64,000 nt of DNA from Cystobasidiomycetes sp. EMM_F5 (lineage: Eukaryota): contig JBPGPT010000007.1 in NCBI GenBank assembly GCA_051047955.1, positions 372,001-436,000 on the forward strand, in the 5' to 3' direction. The notes beneath the pieces were generated by a model. That model ran no database searches, was not told the DNA's origin, and saw only the letters and a list, made by a program, of their open reading frames with translations. Position 1 is the stretch's first letter, and each line of letters starts with the position of its first letter. Shown here piece after piece: positions 28,504 to 42,900 of the stretch. Position numbers and translations under genes: made by a program.

Positions 28504-29782
28504 GGCTGGGCGAGGCGAACAGTCGGCAGGCTTGGACGACGGCAGAGGTGGGTGTTGGTTAATTAATATGTATGCGGTGGTCGGTGGAGGACTACATAAA
28601 TATCAACGGCTCCTTGGTTGCATACCAGCTCGATCATAAATAATTTCTGCCAATGCACGCGGTTGTTACGAGAGTCGGGCCGAGCTGAGGGTTGGTTGAC
28701 AGCGACTGATGAAGGGCAAGATGTAATGGGGAGTCTAACGACATGCTCCGAATTATATCATCCGCCAGTCATCACTCGCCCATCATTACCCTCCAACCCG
28801 TAATCATCTCCGACCCTCCATCCGGCTGCTCCAGACTGACTTGCGTATCAGAGCTGGTTGCTATCCATACTGACTATCTATTCAAACCATACAGTCTAGA
28901 CTCTACAGAGCCTCATCATCTCCCCCTCCCCCTCGCTCTTCTTTGCTCAGAGTCCCTCCACTCAGGCACCCCCACCACGCGTCTGATCATGAACCATGTC
29001 GCCGAAAGCAGGAGCGGGCTATATCCTGCTATGGGAAGAGGTTAACTATCGGACATGCACATACTCGCAGTGTATGTGCAGACAGTCAAGCGTAGACCAC
29101 TCTGCTGATGGAGTGTGAGTGGGTGTAGAGTGGGAAGGGTATATCCTCGGAGACATGTAAAGGATGTGTCGATAGATGGATGGACAGACGTATGCATTGA
29201 AACAGAGCCACTTCAATATTGGTGTTAGTACTCGCACTACACGGTGTAGTCTTGTTAGTCTTGCTTGTTACAAGGATTAATATTCTCCCAAACCACGCTA
29301 GTAGCAGGCCTACTCGACTAATGCAGCTACTTCGATTGGCTTTTTGGAGCTACATTCGAGAGGGAGTTGATTACCAGGTTGGATGGATGCATACTCGCAT
29401 TATCGACACACTGCATACTGCACACTGCACACAACGCACCCCGTCTCTGTACTCGCTGGCCATCACCGTCTGCCGCTAATTAGCCGCATTAGTTCGGGAC
29501 ACAAGTGGAAGGAGCATTAGACTAGACTCGAGTGGATTGGAGAGAGGATATCGACAGCATACGCAGCGAGGACAGGTGTATACTCGTATTCGAGGTGTCG
29601 ACGATATACTCCCCCAGCACCCTCGGCATACCTCGGGAGTGGGTGCAGACTGCCGTCCACTTGTCCCTACAATCGCACTCCTTCTCACCCTGGATGGACA
29701 CGACATCTAACCCTCCTCGTCTCCGCGCGTCTACGGAGTTGACAGCCTCGCTGTTGGGTATTTGATCTGATTCGAAAGAGCA

Positions 29783-32700
29783 ATGTCCCTGGTGTCTGTC
29801 GCGCCTCCTCCGTCAGTCATCGATTCGACAGTAAGGCTATCAAGCAGTCTATACCATTCTCATCACCACCATCAGTCACCATCGTTGCTGCAGTCGGGCA
29901 CTCCGCCATTCTCACCGTCATCGTCAGCCTTATTGTCCGCCACGGCAACCCCAGACGTTAGTGCTAGTGCTGGTGCTGGCAGTAATTCAGTAGCAGTGGC
30001 AGCAGCGGCAGCAGCGGCAAGCATGGCGTCGGCACTGCCATCCTTCTTTACAAAGCACGCGAGATCCCATTCCCTGGACAAGGCGGGAAACGCGAGTAAT
30101 GGATCGTCGTCGTCGTCGACACATGTCGCTCAGCCGCAGCAGCAAGGCGGGGCGAGTAGTGGACATTTCTATCCTGCGTCGAGCAATGGGAGTTATTCTG
30201 CGCAGCCCGTGTCAAGTAACGGGTATCACTCTACGCAGCCCGCGGCAAGCAACGGGCATCACTCTACGCACCCCCATCCGACAGTCCTGACCGATCAGCA
30301 CACTCTCCATCCACCACCCCACGCGTCCACTTCCACGCTAAACCTGCCATCACCCAACCCTTCGTCTGGATCGGTAAATTCGCCATACCCCCCCTCAACT
30401 CCCTCTACGGCCACTTCGTCGATGACCTCTGCCGTATCTCCACTACCCTCTCCCGTCACATTCATCCGGAACGGAGACGTAGTGTACGATCATGGTCCCC
30501 CTCCTCCAGCTCCCCTAGCGAGCGTCGGAACGAGAAACTATACGGTGCTCAAGGAGGTAGGAGACGGATCATTCGGGACCGTTTGGCTTGCAGACTGGCA
30601 TTCTCCTCTAGCGTGAGCTATCACAAACGTGTGTTTGTCGCGGTGCCTCTCACTGATGTTGTTGTTCACAAAGCCTGCCGAAAGGGACTGGACCACCCGG
30701 TCCATCTTCCCGACCAGAGTACCGCGGCAAGAGGCTAGTCGCGCTCAAGCGTATGAAGAAGGCATTTGAAGGAGGGTGGGACGAGTGTATGAAGCTCAAG
30801 GAACTAAAGGTAGATGGATATCTGCTTTGCTCGATTGATCGCCAGACACACGTCGCTGACGACGTTTTACTCTGCAGTCGCTGCGCTCTATACCCATGCA
30901 TCCAAACATTATTCCCCTGTACGACTCTTTTCTCCTCCCTTCATCCAAAGAACTCTACTTTGTGTTTGAATGCATGGAGGGAAACCTGTACCAGCTCACT
31001 AAATCCCGTAAAGGTCGACCGCTGGCAGCTGGACTCGTAGCAAATCTATTCTATCAGATGCTAGCGGGCTTGCATCATATACACGCCTGCGGCTACTTTC
31101 ACCGCGATATGAAGCCAGAGAATCTTCTCATTACCACGACCGGCTTGGCCGACTATCCCTGCTACATTTCGCCACAGCATGCGGTCAATAATCCGTCGTA
31201 TGCCAGTCGGCCGCCAGAGAAGGATGTCGTTGCCATTGTAAAGATTGCCGATTTCGGATTGGCAAGGGAAACTCGTTCTCGTCCACCCTATACGGAATAC
31301 GTCTCGACGAGATGGTACAGAGCGCCAGAGGTACTGCTGCGCAGTAGAGACTACTCAAATCCTGTAGACATGTGGGCCGTAGGTACCATCCTCGCCGAGA
31401 TGGTAAACCTCAAGCCCCTCTTTCCCGGTCAGAGCGAGGTGGACCAAGTTTATCGGATCTGCGAGGTATTGGGCGATCCGTGTGCGGATTATGGAGTCGA
31501 CGAGAGGAATAGGGTGAGGGGAGGTGGACCGTGGGAGAGGGGAAACAAGATGGCAAAACACGTCGGTTTCGCCTTTCCTCGCATCACGCCAGTCAACTTT
31601 GTCGCACTCTTCGACACGGCTCAGGTACCTATGCAACTTATTGACATTATGGCAGACCTGATGCGTTACGACCCGGTGGCTCGCTTGACGACCCAGGACT
31701 GCCTCAAACACGCCTACTTTTCGCACATTGCACCAAAACTCGTAGCGTCCCCTGTAGCGGCCCTCCCGAACCATATGCAACATGCTGTCCGACAACAGCA
31801 GCAACAGCAGCAGCAAGCGGCAGCTGCTGCTTCTCAATCAAGCGGGAACGTATTGCCCAAAATTGCAGTTTCAGGAGATGGCTATGGTCTCAGCGCGCCT
31901 TCTCCTCGAGACATTCCTCCGTCCCATTCACACTCGTCCCACTATGACAAGCCCGCCTTTGACGTCAATCCCTCCGCTGGAGTGCCTAGCTTACCGCCGC
32001 CCAACGTTGCCAGTCCCCTATCGCCGTACAATGATGCCAACTATCACTACTCTGCACAGGCGAACGGTCATCGCGTTTCTATCGCCCCTTCGCTGCAGTC
32101 GACAGATTCGCATGGTCTGGGAGGTGTGTCTATCAACGTGGAGGGCAATCTGAGAAGTCCGACACTCGGCTATCCGGAGAGTGTCATCGATGTCAACATG
32201 GACGGCGAGGATGTACATTCGCCTCGATTGCAGCATTCGCCATCCGTCAGTAGTCCGACTGCGAGTACGTACTCGTTCCCGAATTCCTCACATCAGCAGT
32301 CTATGCAGATGCTGCAGCAGCCCAGTCTTCCCCCACCCAATCCCTACAGGCAGGGCGCGAACGGCTATGCCACATCGACGCATTCCGGGTCATACTACAA
32401 TCCATCCGTCTACTCCGGCCATTCCGGTCGCAGAGGATCGGCAGGTGGGGCATCAACATTCTACGACGGCTCCATCTTTGAAGGTATCGCTCCGACCCGT
32501 GCAGCGTCCATTCTTTCTTTCCCTGCTACGTACGGCGAAGCTCCTCCCTCGCCCAAATTTGCACAACCCTCTCTCTACCATCACCAGCAGCAGCAGCAAC
32601 AGCAGCAGTCTTCTACGCCGCTGGTCAATCCACTTCTTGCAAGCTTGCGACAAACGGGAACGAGGGCGCGCAATGATGCTGACAACTTTTCGGTCGATTT

Positions 32701-34235
32701 TGAGAGAGAAGCATTACAGCGTAGTCAGAACGCGGGTGCCGCATCACAACACTCGCATCAGCCATCCCAGTCGAGTCTTGTATCGTCCGATTCCAACGAA
32801 TCGCTCAAAAAGGGCAAGGAAGGAAAGCGAGGCTGGATGTCGTCTGTCTTTGCTTCCAACTCGCACGATCGGCCAGCGGCTCTGCACCCGCAGCAGCAGC
32901 CTCTAATTGTCCCTGCTGCTTTTGCGGCTCAGCAGCAGCAGATAGCTCAGCAGCAGCAAGCACAGTCATCGGCATCTTCGATCTACTCGCATGTTACCAG
33001 CCAGTCTGGGACTTCGCTCAAGCGTACACCTTCTGAAAGATCGGTGCATGCACCAGAGCCGGTCGCGCCTGCGCCGACTGTACCGCTTGATCCGAAAAAG
33101 GCAAAGAAGGAAGCTGAGCGGCTTGCGAAGGAGGCGGAGAAGGCGAGACGAGACGCTGCTCAGAAGGCAGCGAGAGACCGTGCGAGAGCAGTCATGCAGA
33201 AGCGCAGTGCCCTTGCACAGGCTGCTGACCCTCTCAATAGCTATACGATGGGCACCAGCCTAAAGATGCCACCGGCTGACAAGGAGAAGCAGCGCATGCT
33301 CCTCGAAGCTGCGGCGCGCAAACAGCAAGCACTACTCAATGGCAAGATGCCACAATTGCAAGAGGATGCGAGGTGCGTCATCCATTTTACAGTGATATCA
33401 GCCATTGTACTGATCTTCTTGTTCTCACAGGCGCCGCCTCGCTGCTCAACAGCAATACTCGCCCGATGTTCGCTACAAGGCTCGGCGCAGAGACGATGAT
33501 GACGACGTGCATAGCATGTCGTCCAACGAGACTCGCTCTGAACGGCGATTCAGCATCTCTTCGCAAAATACTATTTCTACTGTATCCACTACGAATACGT
33601 TTGACAGTGATCCGGGTCGTGGTAGACTCACTTCTCCGCCGCTGCTGGCACCTCTTCGTCGAACACCGTCAATGACAAGCTTCAGCGGACAATCTCGCAT
33701 TTCTGTCGGGTCGCAAAACAGCGGGCATAGCGGAACTGGCGGACCTTCTCGTCGGGACATCAGTACGTCTGCGAGCAATACCAGTAGCTTGGAGTACGGC
33801 CTTGTCGGACGCTTCCAAGGCCTGACTGCCGCCGAGTCACCGGATCAGGTTGGAGCAAAAGGGCAGACGAGCCCGATCAATCCAGACCACACTATACATG
33901 CACACTCGCCGTACAACTCGTACTATCAGCAGACGCCACAACCTCAACACGTGCAGACGTTTTCGAGTTCATCAGCCCAAGTCTCTCCGACGGGTGGAGT
34001 CGTGTTGCCGGGAATACACTCGTTTGATCGACCGCCGATGAAGGATTTCTCGTTTCACGAGGCACCTAGAAGTGCACAGAGTCAGCACTCCAACAACTCT
34101 ACCATTTCCGGACACTCCCAGCTTGCCCCACTGCACCAGCAGCAGCAGCAGCAGCACGCACAGGGTCTGCCCTTTACGCCCGAGATGTATGAACGGCAAC
34201 TGCAGCAGAACCGACAGATCAACCAGCAGCGGTGA
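29783..34235 (+). CDS. CRK1: Crk1/Ime2-like MAK/ICK-family Ser/Thr kinase with long low-complexity N- and C-termini
   Basis: GDGSFG, ALK, HRDMKPEN, DFG, TEYVSTRWYRAPE (TxY activation loop); insert between subdomains VIb and VII; polyQ tracts. Confidence 0.9.
30180..30270 (+). repeat. Degenerate ~30-nt coding tandem repeat in kinase N-terminus
   Basis: SSNGSYSAQPV / SSNGYHSTQPA / ASNGHHSTH. Confidence 0.6.
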
Positions 34236-34522
34236 TGTCGATGTAAAGAGCGATGCATCACCTTACTTGGATAATATCCCCTCTTATATCTTATACGCCA
34301 GTGGCCAATGTCCCAAACCCATGTATCGATTAACGAAGTATCAGCTCATTTCCCATGGCAATATGTGTCAGAGGTGTTGTCGGTGTAGACGAATTCAGGC
34401 TCAGGCGATTTGACAGAGGACAAAGTGCATTTCCGATATGAAACATGGGCCCATCTTGCGACGGTAGTGAACCTGACGGCGTGATTTGTGCCAATCTCTG
34501 TACCAGACTTGCACAACAAAAT

Positions 34523-35245
34523 ATGATATTCAGGCAAGCGACGGCAATGCGAGCAATATCAGCTCTGCCTGGAGCTGCTCGCGCGCTTCCACTCGGAACC
34601 AAGGCTGTCCGGACCTTTAGAACGGCTACAGCAGTCAGCGCTGAGGCTGGCAACCAACCTGTGCGCACTCTGCAAACCCAATGTCGAGGTGTAGCTGAGA
34701 TACGACATGATGGTACCTCGCAATCTCCCGACGCGCTCGCAGAAGGTAGCTTGAATGTCGTCCAGGCTGTCTGGATGACGTCGAGAAGCTGACCATGGCA
34801 CTACACGAAACAAAACAGAAGCCATCGCACTACATGCAAGCTGAACTCTTCCCGCTCTATGCTATCGTCGGGCTCGTCAGTCGAGGCTCCCGTGACAGAC
34901 TTGGTCTTCTAGACTGAGCTTGTTTCTCGTGCAGGCCGTAGGAGCTGCCGTCTACAGCTTGGGTGGTCATTGTGGGTGAAGCGTGATGAAGTCGATAATG
35001 GATAAGCTGACCGAGTGAGTATCGCTCTGCATAACGACAGTCTTCCTCGACAATGATGTGGGCCATTAAATATCAATACACAATGTCCCGTTCACTGACA
35101 GACTCGTCACAAATGCGGACAGATCCGTCGGGCACCCGAGCACCCAGTGGACAAGGAGGGCAACCCTACCCATGCACCGCAGCACGCTCCCGAGTTCAAG
35201 CCAGTTGCGAGAAAGGAGGTCGCCGGTGGTCGGAAGGATGCCTGA
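34523..35245 (+). CDS. Small mitochondrial NDUFA4/COXFA4 (B12D/MLRQ)-like protein, at least 5 exons
   Basis: Exons 34523-34660, 34819-34875, 34935-34971, 35041-35057, 35123-35245 splice in frame: presequence-like MIFRQATAMRAISAL..., then ELFPLYAIVGLAVGAAVYSLGGHFFLDNDIRR. Confidence 0.7.
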
Positions 35246-35434
35246 GGTATACAATGACGGGAGACTAGACGCAGCTTGTGTACGATATATAGACATGCAC
35301 GTCGTCGAATGAATATAATGTCGCTCTCGAAAGCCGCGTATTCTGCGTAAGCTTTCTCGGAAATACATCTCGATGGCGGCCACCACTTGTACGGCTTTCA
35401 TCAGAGCACCGACTTGATATCTGGCAAAGCAACA

Positions 35435-38400
35435 ATGAGACGAGCAGTGAGCAGCATCGTCGGGAGTCCGAGCAGCAGCAGCAGCAGCGGGACAGCGAGC
35501 AAGCTCAGAAAGCAGTGGCCGATATCGTCCGCTGGGTGGAGTGTCGCCACGGCAGCATCAGCATCAGCATCACGGCGAGCCTACGCTACCCATACAGACG
35601 ACGCAAAGAAGCGAGGCAGCAGTAGCAACAACAATGTCGACAATGACAAGAAGACCTCGCGAGATGCAAGCAAGAAGCCAGTCCCCGCCGAAGAGCAGCC
35701 TGCTCCGTCCTCGTCATCATCGCCATTTCCAGGATTGGAGGGCTTCTTTGGCAATGCGCTCAAGAAGGGTGCAGGGAGCAACGACACGAGTGCCGCTTCC
35801 AAGGATGGCAAGGGCACCAACGACGCCGCATCGCAGCAGCGCTCTTCCGGGCGCAACCTGCCGTTTGGGTTTGGCAACTCTCTCGGTGAATCGTCGTCGG
35901 CAGGCGACAAGTCCAAGAGCAGCAACCAATCCAACTCTTCCGGTTCATCTGGAGGATCCAACAACCCTACCCCGCCCAATGCCCTAGGAACTTTTGTCAT
36001 CCCCGTCGCAGGTTTACTGCTGTGGAACTACATGACTGCGGGCGATTCATCAACGCGCGAGATTACGTGGCAGGAGTTCCGAACAGCTTTCCTAGACAAG
36101 GGACTCGTCGACAAGCTGACTGTAGTCAATCGAAGCAAGGTCCGCGTCCACCTTCATAGCAACGCGACCGGTGTTCTCTATCCACAGTCTCCAGCAGCAG
36201 ACGGGAGATCGAGCTACTACTTTTCCATCGGCTCCGTCGAGGCATTCGAGAAGAAGCTCGATGATGCACAGAAGGAGCTGGGCATCCCATCGACTGAGCG
36301 AGTACCGGTGGCGTACAAGGACGAAACATCAATCACAAATACCCTCATCTCCTTTGCCCCTACTATTCTCATCTTTGGTCTGCTCTACTATGTCTCGAGG
36401 AGAGCAAGCGGTGGAGCGGCAGGCGGCTTGGGCGGCGGACCCGGAGGCATCTTTGGAGTAGGCAAATCAAAGGCCCGCATGTTCAACGTAAGTTCCGACT
36501 TCTGGAAAAGCTGATGCAGTCAGCTAACATGTCTTCCTGTCATATACAGCAAGAGACGGACGTCAAAGTCCGCTTCAAGGATGTTGCAGGCATGGACGAG
36601 GCAAAGGAGGAAATTATGGAGTTTGTCAAGTTTTTGCAAGAGCCAAAAAAATACCAGCGATTAGGTGCCAAAATCCCCAGAGGTGCCATCATCTCCGGCC
36701 CACCTGGTACAGGAAAGACGCTCCTGGCTAAAGCCACAGCGGGTGAAGCTGGCGTACCTTTCCTTTCCGTCTCTGGATCAGAGTTCGTCGAGATGTTTGT
36801 TGGTGTCGGTCCCTCTCGAGTACGTGATCTGTTTGCCATGGCCAAGAAGAATTCGCCAAGCATCATCTTTATCGATGAGATTGATGCCATTGGTAAATCT
36901 CGTGGCAAATCCGGATCTTTCGGAGGCAACGACGAGCGAGAATCTACCCTAAATCAGCTCCTCGTTGAGATGGACGGGTTTGGAACCAAGGAGCAAGTCG
37001 TCGTGCTCGCTGGTACCAATCGTGTAGATGTGCTCGATAGTGCCCTGTTGCGTCCTGGTCGATTCGACAGGCATATCGCAGTGTCGAATCCAGACGTCAG
37101 CGGTCGAAGGCAAATCTTCAAGGTCCACCTTCGTCCGTTGATTCTCGCAGCTGAAGATGCTGCAAAGGCAAAGGAGAGTGAGAGGACGGCTCAAGATGAC
37201 TCGGAAAGTCTAGGCAGAAGTTCTGCTGCGCCTGCAGCTGACGCCATGCCTGCTGCCACGCAGCAAGCTTCTGCTATCCCGCCCTCCTCCGCCATCAAGT
37301 TTGCGAACGGTAGCCTCGCTGCCGATCTCTCCAATGTTATCTTACAAGCTAGTCACAGTGACGCTCCCGCCTCTTCGAAACCTGCCCCTTCGGCTTCTTC
37401 TACTGCTTCCAAAGCTGATGCTTCCTCTGACGCCAAACCGTCTTCTTCAAGCGATGTAGAGTCACCCGACGACGTTGACGTGACGCCCTTGATGGCACAC
37501 TTGGCGAAGAAGCTTGCTGTACACACTCCCGGCTTCAGCGGTGCCGACATCGCAAACGTATGCAATGAAGCTGCACTGATTGCTGCCCGCAAAGGAGCAG
37601 ACTTTGTCTCGGAACAGCACTTTGAACAAGCCATTGAGCGAGTCATTGCTGGTCTCGAGCGTAAAAGCAGAGTACTCAGTCCGGAGGAGAAGAAGACCGT
37701 CGCCTATCATGAAGCTGGGCATGCTGTCGCAGGCTGGTTCTTGGAGTATGCCGATCCTCTCCTGAAGGTATCGATCGTTCCGAGAGGTGTAGGAGCTCTT
37801 GGTAAGTCTATAACAACTGACGAATAGGCACAGAGCTAACAATCAGCTTGTGAATCAGGGTATGCGCAATATGTACCCGTAGAGCGGTTCTTATATACAA
37901 CAGAAGCTCTTGAGGATAGGTACGCTCAAACAAGGACGCAAATATCTCTCAGTTCTGGCTTGCTAACCCCTGTATCCTATTCCTGCAGAATGGCTATGAC
38001 GCTAGGTGGGCGCGTTTCAGAAGAAATCTTCTTCAAGCGTATCACAACAGGTGCACAAGACGACTTGCAAAAGATCACGCGTATGGCTTTCGAAGTCTGC
38101 GCCAATTATGGCCTGAACTCGACCATTGGACCTTTGAGCTATCGCCAGGATCAAGAAAGCTTCCAAAAGCCCTTCAGCGAGAAGACCGCCCAGTTGATCG
38201 ATGATCAGGTTCGGCAGATGGTGATGAGAGTACATAAGCGTACGACCGATCTTTTGACCGAAAAGAAGGAACAAGTCGAAAAAGTCGCCAAACTCTTGCT
38301 AGAGAAGGAAATCATCTCTCGTCAAGATATGATTGATCTCATTGGCGAGAGGCCCTTCGCGGATCAAAACAAAGACACGACGCAGATGCTGGGCTGGAGT

Positions 38401-38508
38401 AAGCCGTTCGGCGGCGGTTCCCTCGGTGGCGAGAAAGGTCGAGATGCTCCACTACCTGGCGGGATTGAAGAAGGTCCTCTTGGGAGCGGTGCTACGCCTG
38501 TTGCATAA
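35435..38508 (+). CDS. AFG3: Mitochondrial m-AAA metalloprotease (Afg3/Yta12, FtsH family)
   Basis: EITWQEF, Walker A GPPGTGKT, Walker [25 protein letters not shown] zinc motif, LGGRVSEE. Confidence 0.95.
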
Positions 38509-38708
38509 AGAGTGCTCTTCTACACCCCATATTGTTTAGACCTAGTCGTTTTCTAGTACGCACGGTATCGCATTGTGTACTTCATAGACGGGCCGGCGCT
38601 GTCATACTCTGTATTCAGCATTTTGCAATTTTGTCAATCTACGTTGATCGAATGATCCGGCCGCATTGCATGGACCAGAAGGCTGTCTCTGAATGAGTGC
38701 TTTCAGGG

Positions 38709-39723
38709 CTAAACCCATGTCGCTTTGTAGATGTCTTCGCCAATCATCTTCTTGAGTCCTCCCATCTGCTTCTCAAGCCAAAACTTGACGGTCTCGGTGT
38801 CGATGCCAGCTACACGAAGGATTCCGCAGCCAGTTGTCGACGCGGACCTTTGCACAATGTGCGAGAAGCTCCATACGCATTCCTCGGGCTTTCGAAGCTT
38901 GTATTGGGTGTTACCTTGCGTCAATTCGTCGAAGTGCAGTATTAGGTCTGTACAGGCTGGTCCAAATAGTACAAGCGTGGCATAGCATGCATAATCGGCC
39001 ATGCGTTGGCGAATACCGCCCTGAGTAGCGGTGTTCTCGAGGAGCATTACATCGTTGACAAGCCATTGCTGACGCACAGACACTCGATTCCTGGACCGAT
39101 ACCTCTCGAATGCCCAGCTCTCCCCCCGCGCAGATCGTCCAGACGTGTACCAGTCCAAAAGGCATAGAGAGCTTGTAAGCGGGCATTGTAGGTCAAAAAC
39201 CTGTTGCTGGCTATAATTTGCTGTTGCAAAGCATGTCACGGGCGCCGGAAGCAGAAAGAGCGACGCGCCAGCGGCAATGACTGCGTGCATTCGTTGATAA
39301 GTTCCTTCAGCCCAAGGCGCAGTACGAGGAATGGTTGGGTTTGCAGGACCGTAGGACCCCCCAGGTCGTTCTCGGAAGACCTTTGTACTGCCTTGCGTGA
39401 GCAACACTAGATGACAGGATGCCTCGACGTTGACTTGAAACCGTATAGAATCGCCGGCGACCAGTCCGCCGCCTATCCTCCGAGGTCATAGAAATAGCCC
39501 CACGATGTCAGGTAAGAACATCAAGTTGTGCTTTGGAGCGACACAACTAACCATAGGTCAGCATGTATGCGGATACAACGCCAGGTGCAAGCAGCGCATC
39601 GGAGGCATCAATACGAGGAGGCATCAGTTTCAGCGGATAAGAATAAGCCAGCGTCGCGAAGGAAGCTTTGCCTGAATGAGGAGAAGCTTTGACGTGAATA
39701 GAACCATTGCCAGAGCTGAGCAT
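38709..39723 (-). CDS. URED: Urease accessory protein UreD
   Basis: YSYPLKLM, YMLTYG-GL, LLTQGSTKVF, LLPAPVTCFA, LLDWYTSGR...GESWAF. Confidence 0.9.
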
Positions 39724-39922
39724 GCCTGCCGTCTGATTTGATGGAAGATACGCATGCAAAATCAAAGACGACAAGAACCTCGAATGTCAAGATTTTTTCT
39801 CCGAAGATCGACAAGCGGGTCGAGTTCTCATTCTACGTGTTGCTTTGCTTGACGTATGATTATGCTAAAATGCAGCTGCGCTATGTGCCCTTTACAACTG
39901 AAACATATTTACAACCCCTATC

Positions 39923-42900
39923 CTACAATGATGGATCAGCATACTTTGCTATAGCTTCCCTTATGCCACTGAGCGTTATTGGTTTTGACAGGAATGCGTC
40001 TGTACAAGGGAGTCAGCATTTAGGCCGTCCAGCTTGCATAATGTCCGCCTACCTGCACCATTGTCCAAAACGCGATTGCTGCTGGCACTGGTGACATTGG
40101 CGCTCAGCGCGAGGATCACGATGCGTCGTAGATTATTCTCCGCTTCGTATTTGCGTATTGCTGCTGTGCTTTCCTCCCCTGACATTACAGGCATCTGTAC
40201 AAGCGCACTGTCAGTGGCGTCCGGCTTGTGCATAAGCGGCTAGAAGTCACCTGGCAGTCCATCAGAGTCATGTAAATGGAATCATGTGCCATCTTGACAG
40301 CTTCCAGAGCTTCCAACCCATTATACGCTGGCAATACGCGGTATCCCAATGTCGTCAACATTCTTTCGCCCAACTTGGCGTTGACAAGGTTATCCTCGAC
40401 GAGTAGTATTGTTTTCTTGCCAGAGTCTATAGCCATAGCCTGTTGCGCCGAAGAAATCGGCGGTGATACTGCTGAACCGGACGCTGGCGCTTCCTTCAGA
40501 TCGTTCTTGTCTTCCGCCGTGAGCGGTGGTGTTTCATTCTCCTCGCTTAAAGTGGAGCTCTGCACGCTCGCAAAGCGTACAAGTTTTGGTTTCTCGCGGC
40601 CGGCCAATGTCGGCAGATCTTCCGGCGATTGCAAGAGTTGTAGGATCCGATGAAAGGCTATCGGGCGTTTGATCTGGGAACTCATCTCATATCAACGTGA
40701 CATTCGAGACAAGCTTCTTCGAAAATAACGTACTGGTATTACCCGACTCGACCGTGGCAAGGCCAGCAACTCCGTCTCCGCAGAGTACAGAAGTAGAAAG
40801 TATGGGCGTGGGACGCTAGCATCTGCTGAAAACGCCTTTATGCTCTCGAGTAGTAGAGGCTCTTGCTTCAGGACAGTGGGTATGTCGGTCCATACAAAGT
40901 CAGCCTTCCTGATATCTTCCAGCGACAATGGCCGAGACAGGATGGTAAAGCCACGATCCTTCCAGGCCTTCGCGACTGCAACTTCTGTCCGCAAACTGCG
41001 AGTTACCACCATCATCTTTTGCGAGGGTTTGATCGCTTCGTTGGCCGTAACAGATGGCGCCCTGTCTGAGACGGTCGGTTTCTTCAAATCTACGTAGAAT
41101 GTAGAACCCTCGCCTTCGGTTGAAGTGACGGATAGGTCCCCTTCAAGACGAGCTACAAGTCTTTTGCAGATTGCTAAACCCAAGCCGGAGCCGTTGTTGA
41201 CTCGGGTTAGGGAGGTATCGGCCTGTCTGAATGGCTCGAAGATCCTCTGTTGGAAACGTTTGGGAATTCCGATGCCTGTATCCGTCACCGACAATATAAT
41301 GTTGTCCCCGTTACGTTCTGCCCCGATCCGTATATATCCAGAAGTGCAGAATTTGACTGCATTATTGACAAGGTTCATTATGACGCGCGTGAGATATCTG
41401 CGATTAGATTGAACCATCAGCTGCAATCCGCCGGTCGAAAATGACGAGATTTGCGACTTACGTTTCGTCCAAGAAGACCGCATCAGGCAAGTCTTGCGCT
41501 ATGTCTAGTAGAAGTTCCAAGCCTTCTGTATCAGCATCCGCCCGAGGGCCACGATCTTCTGTGATTTCGGCCAACTCCGTGAGGAATCGCCGGAGCTCTA
41601 TGAGTACGGGTCTAGCTTGCGCTTCATCGTTTGCTCTTTCGAGTCGGGTAAAGTCGAGTACGTTTGTCGTGATGAGTTGAATGGTATGACACGCTCGTCT
41701 GACAGTCTCCACGTATAATGCTTGTTCATCATCCATCGCCGTACGAGCTAGCAGGTCGATGTAGCCCGTGATAGTGTACAGAGGAGTTCTTAGCTCGTGC
41801 GCGGCCACCGACCTGAAAGTCACATTAGAAAGGAGTGGCGAGTACTTGCGCCAAGTACGTACGTAAACTCTGTTTGTAACGCGACTGTCGCTTCGACTGC
41901 TTCTTTCTGAGCCAGCGTCTTCCATAGCTGCTGCTTGACGTGTATCATCTCAATCAGTTTGTTACGAGAAATGGTTGCAGCATGGGAGACCAGGGTTGTC
42001 GATACGAGACATGTCGCAATAGTCAACGCGACGATCGAAAAGGGAAGCGCGTCAGGGAAGCCAGGATGATCCGTTGGAGCCGCTCGACTGTAGAATGTGG
42101 CTGCTGCCTGTCCAGTCATGTGCATACTGCACACGCCACTAGCTGCGACAAAACTGAATGCTAGCTGCCTGCCGATGTGGACCTCCATATTTGGCACTTT
42201 CGTAATGCAGTGCTATATCAGCCATATCCTATGGATAAGGGTCAGACCACTGATGCCCACTCACTGAAGAGAGTTCCGATGAGACAGACTACGAAGGCGA
42301 TAATGTAGCTTAATCCAACAAGCCAGTGATTCCACCTTGTTAAACCCTGGTCGATGATAACGGCCGCACACCCTAAATAATGCATTCCGCTGTTATAGTT
42401 GCAAATTCAAGGAGGGCATGAGTCAAATCCGACTCATTCTCGAGATGATCGAACTGGCTTACGCGATTGCAGTCGCCCAGATCAACGCTTTCGCACATGC
42501 CTCGCGAGTACAATCGCCCCAGAGCGTGAGCATCAGTTCTCGAACTGGTATACTGCCCATACCGCCACCAGCTCGGAGACGTTTCTTCTCTCTTCTCGAT
42601 AGCGGCAGATATTTTACTATACCGTGAGATCCACTCGATCCCGACAAGGAGGTCCCGTCCCCTTCTGTCGTTGTCCCAGGGGTGGTTGGACGAGCCTCGC
42701 TGTCCGTATCAGTCTGATCATTACTCGACTGCCCACCAGCTGACAGCTTTGCGGTATCCTTCCCAGAAGAGTGGTTGCGGCCAAAGAATGGAAAAGAAGG
42801 CCTTCGAGGCCGCTTTGAAGACTGAGATGCAGGTTGTGTGACTGTGTCTGTTAGATTGAGTGGTGTCTGCACTGGTTCTGGTGGGTTGAAAGCAAAGAAG

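Noticed and set aside
28504..29782. Possible gene or ncRNA in the 1.3-kb divergent gap between the elongase and Crk1
   Set aside because: No convincing ORF, splice pattern or RNA structure; best read as promoter and 5' UTR
31790..35490. CAG/AGC microsatellites
   Set aside because: Short in-frame polyQ/polyS tracts typical of fungal low-complexity regions; not CRISPR or mobile repeats
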